Source: Felis catus
Taxonomy: Eukaryota
Assembly: GCF_018350175.1 (NCBI RefSeq)
Contig: NC_058368.1
Location: 220,908,001 to 220,972,000, forward strand
DNA: 64,000 bases
Direction: 5' to 3'
How positions within the stretch are numbered: the stretch's first letter is position 1; each line of letters begins with the position of its first letter. This document shows, piece after piece, positions 62,930 through 64,000 of this stretch. Both the position numbers and the translations under genes were made by a program. The notes beneath the pieces are model-generated. The model had not been told where the DNA came from, ran no database searches, and saw nothing but the letters and a program-made list of their open reading frames with translations.

Positions 62930-63410
62930 TTAGAGTATTGTAATGAGAAATGGATGGAAATAAGCACCCACATTACTGAGGTGAGTACAAATTAAAGTAA
63001 AAAGTCTATAGTTTATTTTAAAAATATGTCAAAACTTGAAAAGATATGGATTCTAGTTGGAATTCATATCAAGGAAAGATTTATGATCTATATCTTAGTA
63101 ATAGTTATCATAGGGGATACCTGTAAAACACCACAGTTTCTGAAAATAAGATAGTTTAATAACCCTATGTGGAACTTATCATTGTGATGAAATATTGTCA
63201 GCCATTAAATATCATTGGCATTTAAAAATGGCTTATCATATTATATAGAAATATATACATGTCAACTGAAAAGGATTTATAACCCAGAAGGAAAGTGGTG
63301 GTTATGTCTAGGAGATAGAATAGTGAAGGCTTTTTTTTTTTTTTTTCTGTATTGTAAATGTAGGGTAAATTGTTACTTTGGTAACCATAAAATCTTATTC
63401 TAAAAAATAG
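62930..63410 (+). mobile_element. Old L1ME-like 3' fragment
   Basis: aaataagcacccacattactgaggtgagtacaaatt; gatgaaatattgtcagccattaaa. Confidence 0.5.
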
Positions 63411-63814
63411 CCCTTAAAAAGCTGCTGAGTCTACATCCTGCTCCAACTATGAAACCTCTGAAAAGTACTGTAGGACTTACCTTGCAACACTACCCACCAG
63501 TAGTTACTTATTTTTGGAACTTTTTCATGCATTTTACCTTTGCTTAACTCGCGTCACAAACATTATGGCTGATGGTCACATTAACATGCCAAGAAAATAG
63601 CTTCATAGTGAAAATCAATGCAAGAAAATACTGGAGAGGTGATGTAACCAAATATATAATGTACAGTCTCCTACACAACTTCATAATTCTGACCTCTTTC
63701 TGCACCATTATAAAATTACCGTGTGTTAGGAATAGGCTTAGCTCTTCCTAATGCAAGACCTAAATCATAGCGGCTCACATAATAGAGAATGTATTTTGCT
63801 CACATAAGAAGAAA

Positions 63815-64000
63815 TTTTGTTCATCAATGTTGTCACAAATGGCAGAATGTCCTTTTATAAAGCTAAATAATATTCCATCGCACTATTCTACAATTTCTTT
63901 ATCCATTCATCTGTTAATGGACTCTTGGATTGTTTCCATATCTTGGCTATTGTAAGTAATGCTGCAATCAACATAGGAGTGCATATATAGTTTTAAAATA
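63815..64000 (-). mobile_element. L1 3' fragment, antisense, continues past the window end
   Basis: atttctttatccattcatctgttaatggactcttggattgtttccatatcttggctattgtaagtaatgctgcaat. Confidence 0.85.

Noticed and set aside
63475..63600. Consensus minus-strand donor CAAG|gtaagt after MHEKVPKISNYWWVVLQ
   Set aside because: Short, with no clear acceptor or promoter evidence, and not phase-compatible with the next candidate.

Overview
AT-rich, repeat-dense mammalian genomic DNA from a carnivore, almost certainly a felid: it carries about 36 tRNA-derived CAN-SINEs, seven of them young CpG-rich copies of the feline SINEC_Fc type with intact target-site duplications (TSDs). Other repeats are L1 fragments of several ages, L2/MIR, MaLR/ERVL LTRs (MLT1, MLT2, MER21), hAT MITEs (MER5, MER20) and microsatellites. 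I recognise no intact protein-coding gene, and most ORFs in the track are SINE, L1 or microsatellite artefacts. The clearest oddities are: a 32-nt tailless U6 snRNA retrocopy with a perfect 17-18 bp TSD (43070-43101); an L2-derived 51-bp minisatellite with a 152-bp higher-order period (26703-27108); a ~40-bp antisense L1 endonuclease fragment captured inside a MER20 (7619-7658); and tightly spaced inverted SINE and LTR pairs. There is also a speculative chain of six phase-compatible GT-AG exon candidates on the minus strand with four in-frame stops, possibly a decayed unrecognised gene. Repeat family names and boundaries come from visual recognition of consensus motifs and are approximate unless a TSD is quoted.
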